Of a stretch of 64,000 nt of DNA, positions 1 to 9,209 are shown piece by piece; the first letter of the stretch is position 1; the number at the start of each line of letters is the position of its first letter. A program made the translations under genes and the position numbers. The stretch is from assembly GCA_963826715.1 (NCBI GenBank), contig CAWGYA010000006.1, positions 139,220 to 203,219 on the forward strand, read 5' to 3'. The notes beneath the pieces are model-generated. The model worked only from the letters and a program-made list of their open reading frames with translations. It had not been told where the DNA came from and made no database searches. This DNA is from Candidatus Bathyarchaeota archaeon. GTDB taxonomy: Archaea > Thermoproteota > Bathyarchaeia > Bathyarchaeales > Bathycorpusculaceae.

Positions 1-319
1 CCAATGGTTCGCTGAGAATCCTGAATCCTCCAATTACTCAGTTATAGAAAATACAACTTCCCAAGACTTCAGCTTTGTAACCTCAACTTCGACGGATACG
101 GGCAACAGGAGTTAGATATAGCCAGGGGGCATGGCTTAGATGATCTCCAAAATCTGAATGTTCATCCTGGAAAATTAGCGAGAGAAATTTTTTCTAAATT
201 ATTGCCGGCTTTTTCTTTGGAGATGGCTTAACTCGAATATGGTCATCAGCTCATCGACAAATTGATTCATGATTTTCTAATCAATTTTTATGCAGTTAAC
301 TTAGCTATTACAACAATTA

Positions 320-634
320 CATAAATCCCACTAAGTTGATATCTGGTCTTCCAACCAGAATATTTGCAGGTTTTTTCTTATTGAGATCAATCTTATTTAT
401 AGGATTGAAACGGTCATCATGTGTCCTGAGGGCGTTTAAAACAATCCAAACCACTTTAAACCGTGCATTATCATCCAAAGCTTTCTCTGGTGAAATATTA
501 CTTGGAATGACAACAGGAATTGTGATTTACCTAATTTTTCCCTTCAGAAAGCCTCATCACACGACCAACAGATTGCACAACATCAATCTGGGAATTCCGT
601 GCAGAAAAAACATTACAGCATCTAAAGTAGGCGC
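320..634 (-). pseudogene. Internal fragment of a Type ISP restriction-modification enzyme (SF2 helicase C-terminal region), frameshifted and with a stop
   Basis: Manual minus-strand translation across frames: APTLDAVMF/SARNSQIDVVQSVGRVMRLSEGKN*/IPVVIPSNISPEKALDDNARFKVVWIVLNALRTHDDRFN. This contains helicase motif VI (QxxGRxxR) and the VWxVLNALRxHDDRF segment typical of Type ISP enzymes. Absent from the ORF track. Confidence 0.75.
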
Positions 635-671
635 TCGCTTGAATTGATAAAAAGGGAAAATGAGGGGTTAT

Positions 672-1799
672 CTATTTGTTTCTTTTCTTTACTACCAATA
701 CGATTGTTGTTACTGCAATTGCGGCTATTATAATCGCTATTACAGTTGCGGTACCGACGCCTAATGGCAGGTTGTTTGTCTGGAGAGATGATTGTGAAGG
801 GGATACAGAAGGTAGTTCAGAGCCTGAAATGTCACCATTATCAACTTCATCAACGCCGCCGAATGCTATGTTGCTGTATGAGATGATTTCGCCAGTATTC
901 GCCCAGATGAACGCTGTAATGCCATGTACACTGCCCGGGTAGGTTTGGTTTAGAGGCATTCTGATGTCCCAGCAGGGTCTAAGTTCATAGTTCACAGAAG
1001 AAGTTGTTAGCTCGGCTAGAATATTGTTTTCAGCTACGTCAAAGTCTTTCACTATAGAGCCATCAGGCAAGTTATATGAGTAAGAACGCAGGTTTTTCAG
1101 GGCTATGTCAATTGCTTGTTCTTTTGAGATGTTTATCGATGTATCACCGATTGTGTAGAGTGCCCGATTATCAATGAAAGACGATATTGCTCCGTTCTTT
1201 TGAAAGCTAACCTGTAGTGAGGGATAGTCTACTCCGTTGAGGGTGTGTGTCCACTTAAATACGGTCAGGTTCGTTCCAGGCCAAAAGGAGTTAGAAGATA
1301 TGGTTAGTTTCGTATTACCTAATACAGTTGTGGAATCTTTTGTTAAGTCAACGTTATCTAGCGTAGCTAATAGGTTGGTTGAATCGATCTTGGTGTAGGT
1401 TTGATATCTTTCAAGAAAACCCTTTATGGAATCAAATGGAATAGTATACTGTTTGTCTGTGATAACTTGCTCGTACATCGGAAGAATGATGCATTGCAAT
1501 ACTATGCCTTTTTCGACAATAAAACTCACGTCTACTGTGCTACCTTCTGAACTCAACTCATATTGTAGCGTAGTAATCTTTCTGTTGTCTTTTGCAAGTG
1601 GTACGCCGTCAAGTGTTGAATCATGCTTAAGGCTGATTGTGTATTTTGATAGATCCGCTGACAGCACATTCTCTATGATGTCCATAGCTTTATCTTGAGC
1701 GGTAGTTTGTTCTGCATATGCTATGGGAAAAGCGCCAATAGAAGTTGCAATTAATGCAATAAGCATGGGTGCGAAGAAATTTGTCAATCGTTTTTTCAT
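672..1799 (-). CDS. Secreted, C-terminally membrane-anchored protein with PepSY/YcdB-like domain
   Basis: N-terminal signal peptide; ISKEQAIDIA...PCWDI...FIWANTGEII PepSY-like pattern; Ser/Pro linker; C-terminal TM followed by KKRNK; GAGGA SD upstream. Confidence 0.7.
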   Translation of the reverse strand: MKKRLTNFFAPMLIALIATSIGAFPIAYAEQTTAQDKAMDIIENVLSADLSKYTISLKHDSTLDGVPLAKDNRKITTLQYELSSEGSTVDVSFIVEKGIVLQCIILPMYEQVITDKQYTIPFDSIKGFLERYQTYTKIDSTNLLATLDNVDLTKDSTTVLGNTKLTISSNSFWPGTNLTVFKWTHTLNGVDYPSLQVSFQKNGAISSFIDNRALYTIGDTSINISKEQAIDIALKNLRSYSYNLPDGSIVKDFDVAENNILAELTTSSVNYELRPCWDIRMPLNQTYPGSVHGITAFIWANTGEIISYSNIAFGGVDEVDNGDISGSELPSVSPSQSSLQTNNLPLGVGTATVIAIIIAAIAVTTIVLVVKKRNK

Positions 1800-1810
1800 C
1801 TATTTTCCTC

Positions 1811-2674
1811 CTAAGGTAGTCCCAAGTTTACATTTCCATATACTACAAGCCACTCTGCTAGGTCAGTGTACACAAAATAAGTGTTATAGATTATAGCAGA
1901 TATATAGATTAATGCATCAGCTGTTGAATAGCCGTTGCACAGGTAATACCAGAACGTGCCAGCAATGTTAGCATAGTTATAAGCAACGTTAATTTCCCAT
2001 TCGTATTGTGGTGATCCACCATCTAAAGGGTAGGGGTCTGGCGGTACTTGATCGCTCCAGCCCAAGAAAACTTGGTTACCAGAATCTTGATAACCATAAT
2101 ATCCTAAATCAGGATTATGGGTCCAGCAATAGGGCATTCCATGATAATCACCATTCTCATCCATTACTGCTCCATCGGGGTACCACATTGATGTTTGGCA
2201 ATGCCAAATGAATGTAAAAGTATTTTCAGTTGATGTTAAAGGGTAGAGTTCGTCGGAATATTGGTCAAAAATCCAATTATCCCATAGCGTGTGGCCATCA
2301 TTATCTATAAGTCCGATATGAAGCGGGTCGCTCTGTGCGTTTCTGTGTCCCTTTGAAAAGACTATCGATTGGTCAAAGTAGGTTTGTAATGTCGACAGAA
2401 TACTCGTGTATTGGCTAACTGTACAATCATCGTCATAACTATAGTAGCAACCATGGGGCGTATTATAGTCAGCTATTGCGGTCGTTACGTACTGGGCTAC
2501 ACTTAGAGATAGCTGAACTTCATTTTCAGTATCTACGAGTTGTTGGAAGTTATTTGGTAAAAAGTTAGCTGCACCAGTTGTGGCTGAAGCGAAATTTCCT
2601 GAAAGAAATTGCATCGTCGAAAAAAATAGCAGGCTTATTAAGAAAAAACTTGTGAGAACCTTGGTTTTCTTCAT
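1811..2674 (-). CDS. Secreted protein, putative caspase/gingipain-fold (C25/DUF6345-like) cysteine peptidase
   Basis: Signal peptide MKKTKVL...; strand-ending motifs FSKGH and FIWHC give a His/Cys dyad pattern; VFLGW and terminal VYGN resemble the C25-like LGDP region; AGGAGA SD. Family call is inference. Confidence 0.55.
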   Translation of the reverse strand: MKKTKVLTSFFLISLLFFSTMQFLSGNFASATTGAANFLPNNFQQLVDTENEVQLSLSVAQYVTTAIADYNTPHGCYYSYDDDCTVSQYTSILSTLQTYFDQSIVFSKGHRNAQSDPLHIGLIDNDGHTLWDNWIFDQYSDELYPLTSTENTFTFIWHCQTSMWYPDGAVMDENGDYHGMPYCWTHNPDLGYYGYQDSGNQVFLGWSDQVPPDPYPLDGGSPQYEWEINVAYNYANIAGTFWYYLCNGYSTADALIYISAIIYNTYFVYTDLAEWLVVYGNVNLGLP

Positions 2675-2737
2675 TTGTTTATCTCCTCTACTTTTTCTCA
2701 GTGCTATTATTGGATTGATAATGATTTAGCACTATGC

Positions 2738-2768
2738 TTTAGGACATTATGTCCTAAATTGTAGGACA
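2738..2768. promoter_or_regulatory. Palindromic operator TTTAGGACA-TTA-TGTCCTAAA plus a third half-site TAGGACA
   Basis: Inverted repeat seen directly, ~64 bp upstream of the 2674 start; near copies at 3863-3879 and 5281-5310. Confidence 0.7.
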
Positions 2769-2865
2769 CCTTTACGTTAAGCAATGCTTAAAAAAGTAAT
2801 AAAAATCAGCGTTGCAGTTATACCATGTAATTGAGTAAATTATTCTGCTTGCATTTTAAGTTAGG

Positions 2866-3106
2866 TCATAAACTGCGTTTATGCCATTCGTTTACTGTTT
2901 CATAGCAAAAGATTGAAACAAGCATATCGATAAAATGGAATAAAAGTATTCACGAGAAAGCACTAAAGGTCTCAATAATGGTGATTTGAATCATTAAGAG
3001 CCCAATGGCAGACAGGGTGTCGAAGAGCTATCTTGGGACTAGAAAGCGGGCTAATTCGTAGTAATTCTCCAAAATAACCTTAGTAACAACATAATTTCCT
3101 TTCTCA
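2866..3106 (-). pseudogene. Decayed paralog of the membrane-tethered wHTH regulator at 5374-5820 (C-terminal half)
   Basis: Translation across frames: EKGNYVVTKVILENYYELARFLVPR*LF.../LRPLVLSREYF.../IFCYETVNEWHKRSL*. This aligns with GGNFVVNKVMLEN...FLIPRYLF...LRPFVVSREYF...YCYETVKVWRKGRL. Confidence 0.85.
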
Positions 3107-3428
3107 GAAGCTTTGTTCGCACCAACGATCATAAGCTTCCATTAAAAGCTCCTTAACTTGACTTAGTTAAGTTTTTTTTGGCTATATTCCATTATTTATT
3201 TTGAGAAATGTCAAATAGTTCCACTTAATCAAAAGATGAAAGTAGATTTATGCAGGTATTCTCCATGTTTTTCTTAATCTAACTAAAAACAATTGATAGT
3301 GTGAAGATGAATATGGGTAGAATAATCAACCATGAAAACTCTTCAAGTTCAATAATCCTCGGGTTATCATTTTCTTTCTTGTCTTTTAACGATTAAAGTT
3401 AGCCAAAAAACATAACCATCTGAGAACT

Positions 3429-3812
3429 TCATTTGATCTGTGTTCCTCCAATAATTATACCCGTTGAAACATCCGTCCAAACTTCATAGTAGATTCCATG
3501 TCCGATTGGCTGCTCAAACCTAATAATCCAACAGAGTACACGCTGTTGGCTCTCTGGTTTCTCTAATCCGAATCTTTCTTGCCAAAAAAAATTTGGAGTT
3601 TTTTCTTCAAGCTGAGCCAGCAACGCATTCCCTATGGTGTAATTCATGCTTTCAAGAAAATCTCGACTTACTTGAATAGCTTGCTCTTCAGTGAGATTGG
3701 CTTGGTCAGGGTCTTCTGCAGAGCGAGGAGCAATTGTTATCAAAGAAAGAGCTGAAAGAAAGACTACGGCAATCAGTATTGTTAGAAAAAAAGCGAGAGC
3801 TTTTCTTTGCAT
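3429..3812 (-). CDS. Small membrane-anchored PepSY-like protein
   Basis: N-terminal TM; LTEEQAIQVSRDFL...CWIIRF...YEVWTDVSTGIII PepSY-like pattern. Confidence 0.65.
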   Translation of the reverse strand: MQRKALAFFLTILIAVVFLSALSLITIAPRSAEDPDQANLTEEQAIQVSRDFLESMNYTIGNALLAQLEEKTPNFFWQERFGLEKPESQQRVLCWIIRFEQPIGHGIYYEVWTDVSTGIIIGGTQIK

Positions 3813-3862
3813 TTTGTCCCCACGGTAGACTAAAATGAAAAGTCCCTTATTATGCTATGCTA

Positions 3863-3879
3863 TAGAACAGGATGTCCTA
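3863..3879. promoter_or_regulatory. Operator copy TAGAACA-GGA-TGTCCTA
   Basis: Matches the 2740-2756 palindrome, including the flanking CTATGCT; ~50 bp upstream of the 3812 start. Confidence 0.55.
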
Positions 3880-4164
3880 ACAGTTTGTTCTACCGAGTAC
3901 TACCGTCATTTTTCTTTGTTGGGCAAGTTTATTCATAGTTGGACTCTGAAGTCTAACTAATAATTTAGGATTTCTGGAGTAGAATACTTTGGCCAGATTG
4001 AAAAACTAATGTTGCAAAAAGTTGTTACTTCATCCGCTTGACGCCTATTTAGTCTTCGATTGTATTTTAGATCCGCAAACCTATAGTCTTAGTTAAATCA
4101 ACTGAAAAAAATTGTATCAAGAATATTAACATAGACTAAAAAAGGTGAGTATAGGTTTGTCGTA

Positions 4165-5226
4165 CTATCTGTAGATTGGATCTCCTGTGTCTTCGTAGGT
4201 GAATGGAGCTTCTCCTTGCTGTAAAGATGATTCAGCTGCGTCAGCCGCTTCGTTATGAGCGTGTTCGGAATGATTGTAGTCATGGTACCAATCGTCGCCG
4301 AAGGTTTCTACGTATTCAAGAGAGTAATCAACGTTAACCGGTGTATCGGTGCCCATAAAAGCGCGCGTATATGAAGTAGAGCCGCCTGGACTCAAGAATG
4401 TGTCATTAAAGCCTAATGCATAACAGAAACTGCCTAGTCCAACTCGTAACGTAGAATAATCATAGGTACCCGTTGTAAAATCGTCGTCAAAGTAGCAGTT
4501 ATTCGAAATAATCACTTGGTATTCTTCCATCCACGCATCGTAGCAAACATAACCCACATCACTCTCAACTTCAACGCCGTGACCGTTCCAATAGACATCA
4601 ACGGTTCTATACGTTGCGCATGCCCAAGTAGTCCAAGCCCAAACATTATACCACGTGCAGTCGTCATTCTCCATGAAATGCCAATAGTCATACGCGCTTG
4701 TTGAACTGATATCGCTGCAAAAAGAATCGAACTCTTCTTCGCATTCATATGGCAAATCAATTGTTGTTCCAGGATAGTCCCATACGCCAAAACATAAGAC
4801 CGCCCTTTGGTCCAATAACCAGTCTAAAGAGTCACCACTTGATTACTTCGCAGCGGTCACATCTTGTATATCTGGCGGTTTGGACAAATCGAGTTCATAA
4901 GGCGAAACACTATCTGTACCAATTAGGTTGACCTCTGCACGGGGAGAATCAGCTGTGATAGTGAGGTAGTAGTCTCCATCTTCACCAAGTACTGGCATTG
5001 TATTGTACGAACGTATAATTTGCACCATCAGTTTTGAAGGAATATTTGACATGCTATCTTTCGTGTAGCCTAAAGTTTCAAGAACTCCTGATGCGTCAAC
5101 ATGCACGTTGCCTGGTCTTTGAAAGGTCGCATCTGGCTTCTCAGCTGGCATTGCACTAACAAGGACTGTAACGGTGGAAAATAGTAACATCGAAGCTATT
5201 AACAAACTAAAGATTTTTGTTTTAAT
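4165..5226 (-). pseudogene. Secreted caspase/gingipain-fold peptidase-like protein interrupted by one in-frame TAA (4843-4845)
   Basis: ORFs 4843-5205 and 4165-4815 are in the same frame with 9 sense codons between them. AGGAGG SD precedes ATT-AAA-ACA-AAA (I/M-K-T-K-I-F-S-L-L, signal peptide). Motifs YWNGHG and LGSFC. Confidence 0.65.
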
Positions 5227-5280
5227 ATTTTTTTCCTCCTTAATGAATGCAAGGTTCCAAACTAGAACTAATTTCTATAT

Positions 5281-5310
5281 TTTAGGATGCATGTCCTAAA
5301 CTTTAGGACA
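5281..5310. promoter_or_regulatory. Operator TTTAGGA-TGCA-TGTCCTAAA-C-TTTAGGACA
   Basis: Contains the perfect palindrome TGTCCTAAA-C-TTTAGGACA (5292-5310); lies between the regulator and the peptidase-like gene. Confidence 0.7.
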
Positions 5311-5373
5311 TTTCAATGTCTGACTCAAAAGTCACATATTGACTTTTAATAATAGCTCTTAAAAGGTGGTGCG

Positions 5374-5820
5374 CTACAATCTGCCTTTACGCCAGACCTT
5401 TACGGTTTCATAGCAATAGATTATGAAAAAAATTGACGTCGCAGACATGAAGAAAAAGTATTCGCGGCTAACCACAAATGGTCTTAAGAAAGTAAGTTCT
5501 ATCAGCAAGATCATCATAGAAAATATAGAGTAAAAGAGGTATCTAGGAATTAGAAAGTGACTAATTTTTATGCAGTTTTCTAACATGACCTTATTGACAA
5601 CAAAATTGCCGCCTTGCCGTTTCAAAAACATAGTCTGTTCTAGCTTAGTTAGATGATATTGAGCCACCGATGGACTACTCAGATTTAGTGCCCTTTGAAT
5701 TTCTCGTATTCCAAGGGGTTTTCTGGCCTTGAGCAAAAAACGATAGACATCAAGAGTAGTTCCTCTCAGAACATCATCAGTTTCTTCTTCCATTAAGCCT
5801 GATTCCCCCCCCAATTGCAA
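5374..5820 (-). CDS. Membrane-tethered winged-helix transcription regulator (wHTH plus 2 TM)
   Basis: LGIREIQRALNLSSPSVAQYHLTKL HTH followed by two hydrophobic helices. True start is probably a few codons downstream. Confidence 0.8.
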   Translation of the reverse strand: MQLGGESGLMEEETDDVLRGTTLDVYRFLLKARKPLGIREIQRALNLSSPSVAQYHLTKLEQTMFLKRQGGNFVVNKVMLENCIKISHFLIPRYLFYSIFSMMILLIELTFLRPFVVSREYFFFMSATSIFFIIYCYETVKVWRKGRL

Positions 5821-5974
5821 TTATAAATGATTGACAAACATTTATAAAATGCTAGTAAATCCACGGATTAAAAACTATTAGACATGTGTACAAAAAGTAG
5901 TATACTTTCTTAAAACTATGATTAAAATAGCAGATTCTCCTTACAAACTTTAAGAGTAAAGACTTAGAGGACAT

Positions 5975-6256
5975 GTGCAACTTATGACTAGACAAAAAAC
6001 GAAAATGGCAGCAGCGGTTATTCTTGCGATAATGTTATCTTTTATACTCGTTGGAATTAGCAGCAGTCTCTTTCCCGACCAAAAATCACCAACTAAAGTA
6101 ATCCCTGACCAAGAACCTCTCTTAAATAAAATGCTTTGGGCATTTCAATATATAAGCGTAATTGCTTTGACATCAATTGTAGTAGTAGGCGCAGGGATTC
6201 TCACAAATCGAATAATAAGCAAGAAAAAGCCTAAACATACACTGAAAAAAGTTTGA
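5975..6256 (+). CDS. Small 2-TM membrane protein
   Basis: Two hydrophobic segments, basic tail, GAGG SD. Confidence 0.55.
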   Translation: MQLMTRQKTKMAAAVILAIMLSFILVGISSSLFPDQKSPTKVIPDQEPLLNKMLWAFQYISVIALTSIVVVGAGILTNRIISKKKPKHTLKKV

Positions 6257-6722
6257 GTCTCTTCTAACGTTTTCAGTAATTTACTTCTATATTATGTTTT
6301 GGCATCTTCCAGAATTTTTCAATTACGCCAATACACTTGGATCAACCACTTCAAAATGGTGAACAATTCGCTCTTCCTGGATATCCTCTAAACCGAATAA
6401 AGCAATGTCTTCAAACATCATAAGTAAAGAAAGACTTTGTTTTTTCAGGTCTATCAACTTCAGGCATTTTGCTAAGATTATAAAAAACGTTTTGGTGGGC
6501 TGCTGCGCCACAAGTATAAATTTCTTTTTCGGCTATATACATGGAACGTATATTTGATGCTTGTTGAATTTGGATTGAAGGAAAAAATAAGTGGCTTACA
6601 ACAATTTAGAATGCAGGCAGAAAGTAAAAATAATTTTATTTTTCGTCATTTCTATTTAAAAACTATTCGTTAAATGAACTTTTTTCTTAAAATAATGTTC
6701 ATCCGCAAGTTTTATTATTTAA

Positions 6723-7124
6723 TTAGGGTTTGAAGCAATATCTGGGCCAAGCTGGCCATTTCTGAGGCTCGCTGCAGGTGCCAAAGTCCAGCGTTAAATC
6801 CATACCAATTTTAAGCTTCTCTTGAGATATATTCTGAATCATCCCCGGGATTTTCAGCCCATTATCCAATTCCACAATGCCTACAGCATATGGCGTTAAA
6901 TTCTGGAACTGCTCTGGCGCCACATAAATAACTGTGTATGTGAGGAGTTTACCTTTGCCTGAAATCTCAAGCCAGCTAAAGTTTTGAGATAAACAGTTGT
7001 CACAAAGGGGACGCGGCGGCAGATGGATTTTGCCGCATTTTAAACATTTACCCGCCATCAGTTTACCTTGTGACAGATACTTGTAAAATTGGTCAATTGT
7101 AAATGGTGCTTCTTGAGTACTCAT
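6723..7124 (-). CDS. DUF35 Zn-ribbon/OB-fold acyl-CoA-binding protein
   Basis: CxxC...PPRxxCxxC followed by OB fold (GKLLTYTV, PYAVGIVELD); overlaps the thiolase stop. Confidence 0.9.
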   Translation of the reverse strand: MSTQEAPFTIDQFYKYLSQGKLMAGKCLKCGKIHLPPRPLCDNCLSQNFSWLEISGKGKLLTYTVIYVAPEQFQNLTPYAVGIVELDNGLKIPGMIQNISQEKLKIGMDLTLDFGTCSEPQKWPAWPRYCFKP

Positions 7125-8299
7125 TGAAAGTCTCTCCTGTAAATATGGACAGCTGCAGTTGCACCGGATCCGCCTATATTTTGTGTCAATCCAACTTGAG
7201 CGTCCCTAACTTGGCGCCTATCAGCTTGGTCAGTTAACTGCAAATACATTTCATATGCTTGGGCGGTGCCTGTTGCACCAACAGGATGCCCTTTTGATTT
7301 TAAGCCACCACTGGTGTTAACGGGTATGCGCCCCCCAAGGCGCGTCTCGCCGCTTTCTATAAGTTTGCCGCCTTCACCGACCTTGCAAAATCCAAGGTCC
7401 TCATAATGCATGATTTCAGCGAAGGTGAAGCAGTCATGGACTTCCGCCAAATCCACCTGATTACCTGTGACGTTTGCCATTTCATAAGCCATCTTAGCCG
7501 CTAGTTTGGTCGATTTTAGCGAGGTGAAGCTTTCACGTTCATAGAGTCCGATAGTGTCGCTAGCTTGCCCGCTTCCGATTATGTGAACGGGTTGATCCGT
7601 GTATTTTTTGGCGAGCTCTGGCTTAGTTAATATGACGCAGCTAGCACCATCGGTTATGAGTGAGCAGTCGTATAGTTTTAGGGGCCACGCCACATAACGT
7701 GATGACATGACAGTTTCAAGGGGGATTTCTTTTTGCATATGCGCCTTAGGGTTGAGGCTACCATGGTAATGATTTTTAACGGCGACTTTGGCTATTTGCT
7801 GCTCAGTTGTGCCGTATTTGTGCATATGTGCCGTCGCCATTAGGGCAAATAATCCAGGGAATGTGATACCGTGCCACTGTTCAAAGGGGTAATCAGACGC
7901 CATAGATAGGTACTCGGTCACTTCGGCTGTGGTTCGATGAGTCATCTTCTCCACGCCACCTACAATAACCACATCGGCTAGCCCAGAGAGCACTGCGTAT
8001 ATCCCAGAGCGCAAAGCGACGCCTGAACTGCCGCATGCTGCTTCTGTTCGTGTGGCGGGTATCCCAGAAAGCCCTGCCCAATCTGCCATTGTGCTACCTG
8101 TGTGACCTTGATGTTCATAGGCTTCGCCCATGTGCCCAACGAAAAGAGCTTTTATATCCTGTTTGGGGGCAAGCTTAGGGCAGCGAGTAAACGCTTCCGA
8201 AGCGGCCTGCGCAAAGAGTTCACGTGTAAGTAAACCTTCATGTTTACCGAATTTAGACATACCTGCGCTAATTATGCTGACAAGTGGTTTCCCATTCAA
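7121..8299 (-). CDS. Thiolase (acetyl-CoA acetyltransferase, archaeal SCP2-type); start reassigned to TTG at 8299
   Basis: EAACGS, AEVHDCF and KGHPVGATG motifs; GAGGAG SD before TTG. Confidence 0.92.
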   Translation of the reverse strand: MNGKPLVSIISAGMSKFGKHEGLLTRELFAQAASEAFTRCPKLAPKQDIKALFVGHMGEAYEHQGHTGSTMADWAGLSGIPATRTEAACGSSGVALRSGIYAVLSGLADVVIVGGVEKMTHRTTAEVTEYLSMASDYPFEQWHGITFPGLFALMATAHMHKYGTTEQQIAKVAVKNHYHGSLNPKAHMQKEIPLETVMSSRYVAWPLKLYDCSLITDGASCVILTKPELAKKYTDQPVHIIGSGQASDTIGLYERESFTSLKSTKLAAKMAYEMANVTGNQVDLAEVHDCFTFAEIMHYEDLGFCKVGEGGKLIESGETRLGGRIPVNTSGGLKSKGHPVGATGTAQAYEMYLQLTDQADRRQVRDAQVGLTQNIGGSGATAAVHIYRRDFQ

Positions 8300-8584
8300 C
8301 CCGCTGTACTCCTCTCTATTCCTATAAAGTGATAACGAGCACAAATAAAAACTATTACAACTGACCATATCTGATTTTCTAAATTATAGAAATCCTACAT
8401 TTGCAACTTGAGCCTTTGTTTGGTCTAACATAAGGTTAAGGTAGTTCTGGGTAATACCTGATTACGTCGTGACAATATCAATAAAGAAGAAAAACTACTG
8501 AGAGCACTTAGAATGAGCATTTTTTAGAAGGCAAAATACTATATGTAAGCCTTCTTTTGTTTGCGTTATGAAGGATGGATTTGA

Positions 8585-9199
8585 TTGTTAATTGAAACTT
8601 TTACAGTGGGCTTGTTATCAACCAATTGCTACGTTGCCAGTTGCAATTACACCAAAGAAGCCGTTATAATCGATCCAGGCTTAGATTATGAATCAGAAGC
8701 ACAACAAATACTCGAGTATGTTGAGCATGCGAAACTCAAAATCAAATATATTATTAACACACATGGACATAATGACCATATAAAAGGCGATGTAGTTTTT
8801 CAGAAAAAATTCTGCGTACCCATTTGTATACACAAACTCGATGCATACTTCCTTGAAACTTTGCCCAACTCAAACGCCCTTCCGCCTGTGATACTTGAGG
8901 AAGGTAATCTAATCGGGTTTGGCAACGAAAAACTAAAAGTTTTGCATACCCCAGGTCACACTCATGGATGTATTTGCCTTCAGACTGAGCGCCTTATATT
9001 CACTGGTGACACGCTGTTCGCAGGCAGTATCGGCAGAACAGATTTTCAAGAGGGTTCTATGACAGACATGAATTGTTCTCTGCAGCGGATAGAAAGATTA
9101 CCGGATACGTTGCTAGTTTATCCTGGACACGGGGAAATGACGATGATTGGAGAAGAAAAAAGAGTGAACCCCTTCCTAAACCATCAGTACCAGACCTAA
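8585..9199 (+). CDS. MBL-fold metallo-hydrolase (glyoxalase II-like)
   Basis: THGHNDH, HTPGHT, FTGDTLF and PGHG motifs. Confidence 0.92.
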   Translation: MLIETFTVGLLSTNCYVASCNYTKEAVIIDPGLDYESEAQQILEYVEHAKLKIKYIINTHGHNDHIKGDVVFQKKFCVPICIHKLDAYFLETLPNSNALPPVILEEGNLIGFGNEKLKVLHTPGHTHGCICLQTERLIFTGDTLFAGSIGRTDFQEGSMTDMNCSLQRIERLPDTLLVYPGHGEMTMIGEEKRVNPFLNHQYQT

Positions 9200-9209
9200 G
9201 TTTCAAGTT

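Noticed and set aside
1-325. Protein-like plus-strand frame broken by stops
   Set aside because: Probably a gene remnant, but no family was recognisable and it is cut by the window edge.
336-647. 103-aa plus-strand ORF
   Set aside because: It is the antisense shadow of the Type ISP fragment on the minus strand.
6290-6560. Short minus-strand ORF fragments
   Set aside because: Look like decayed coding sequence but no product could be supported.
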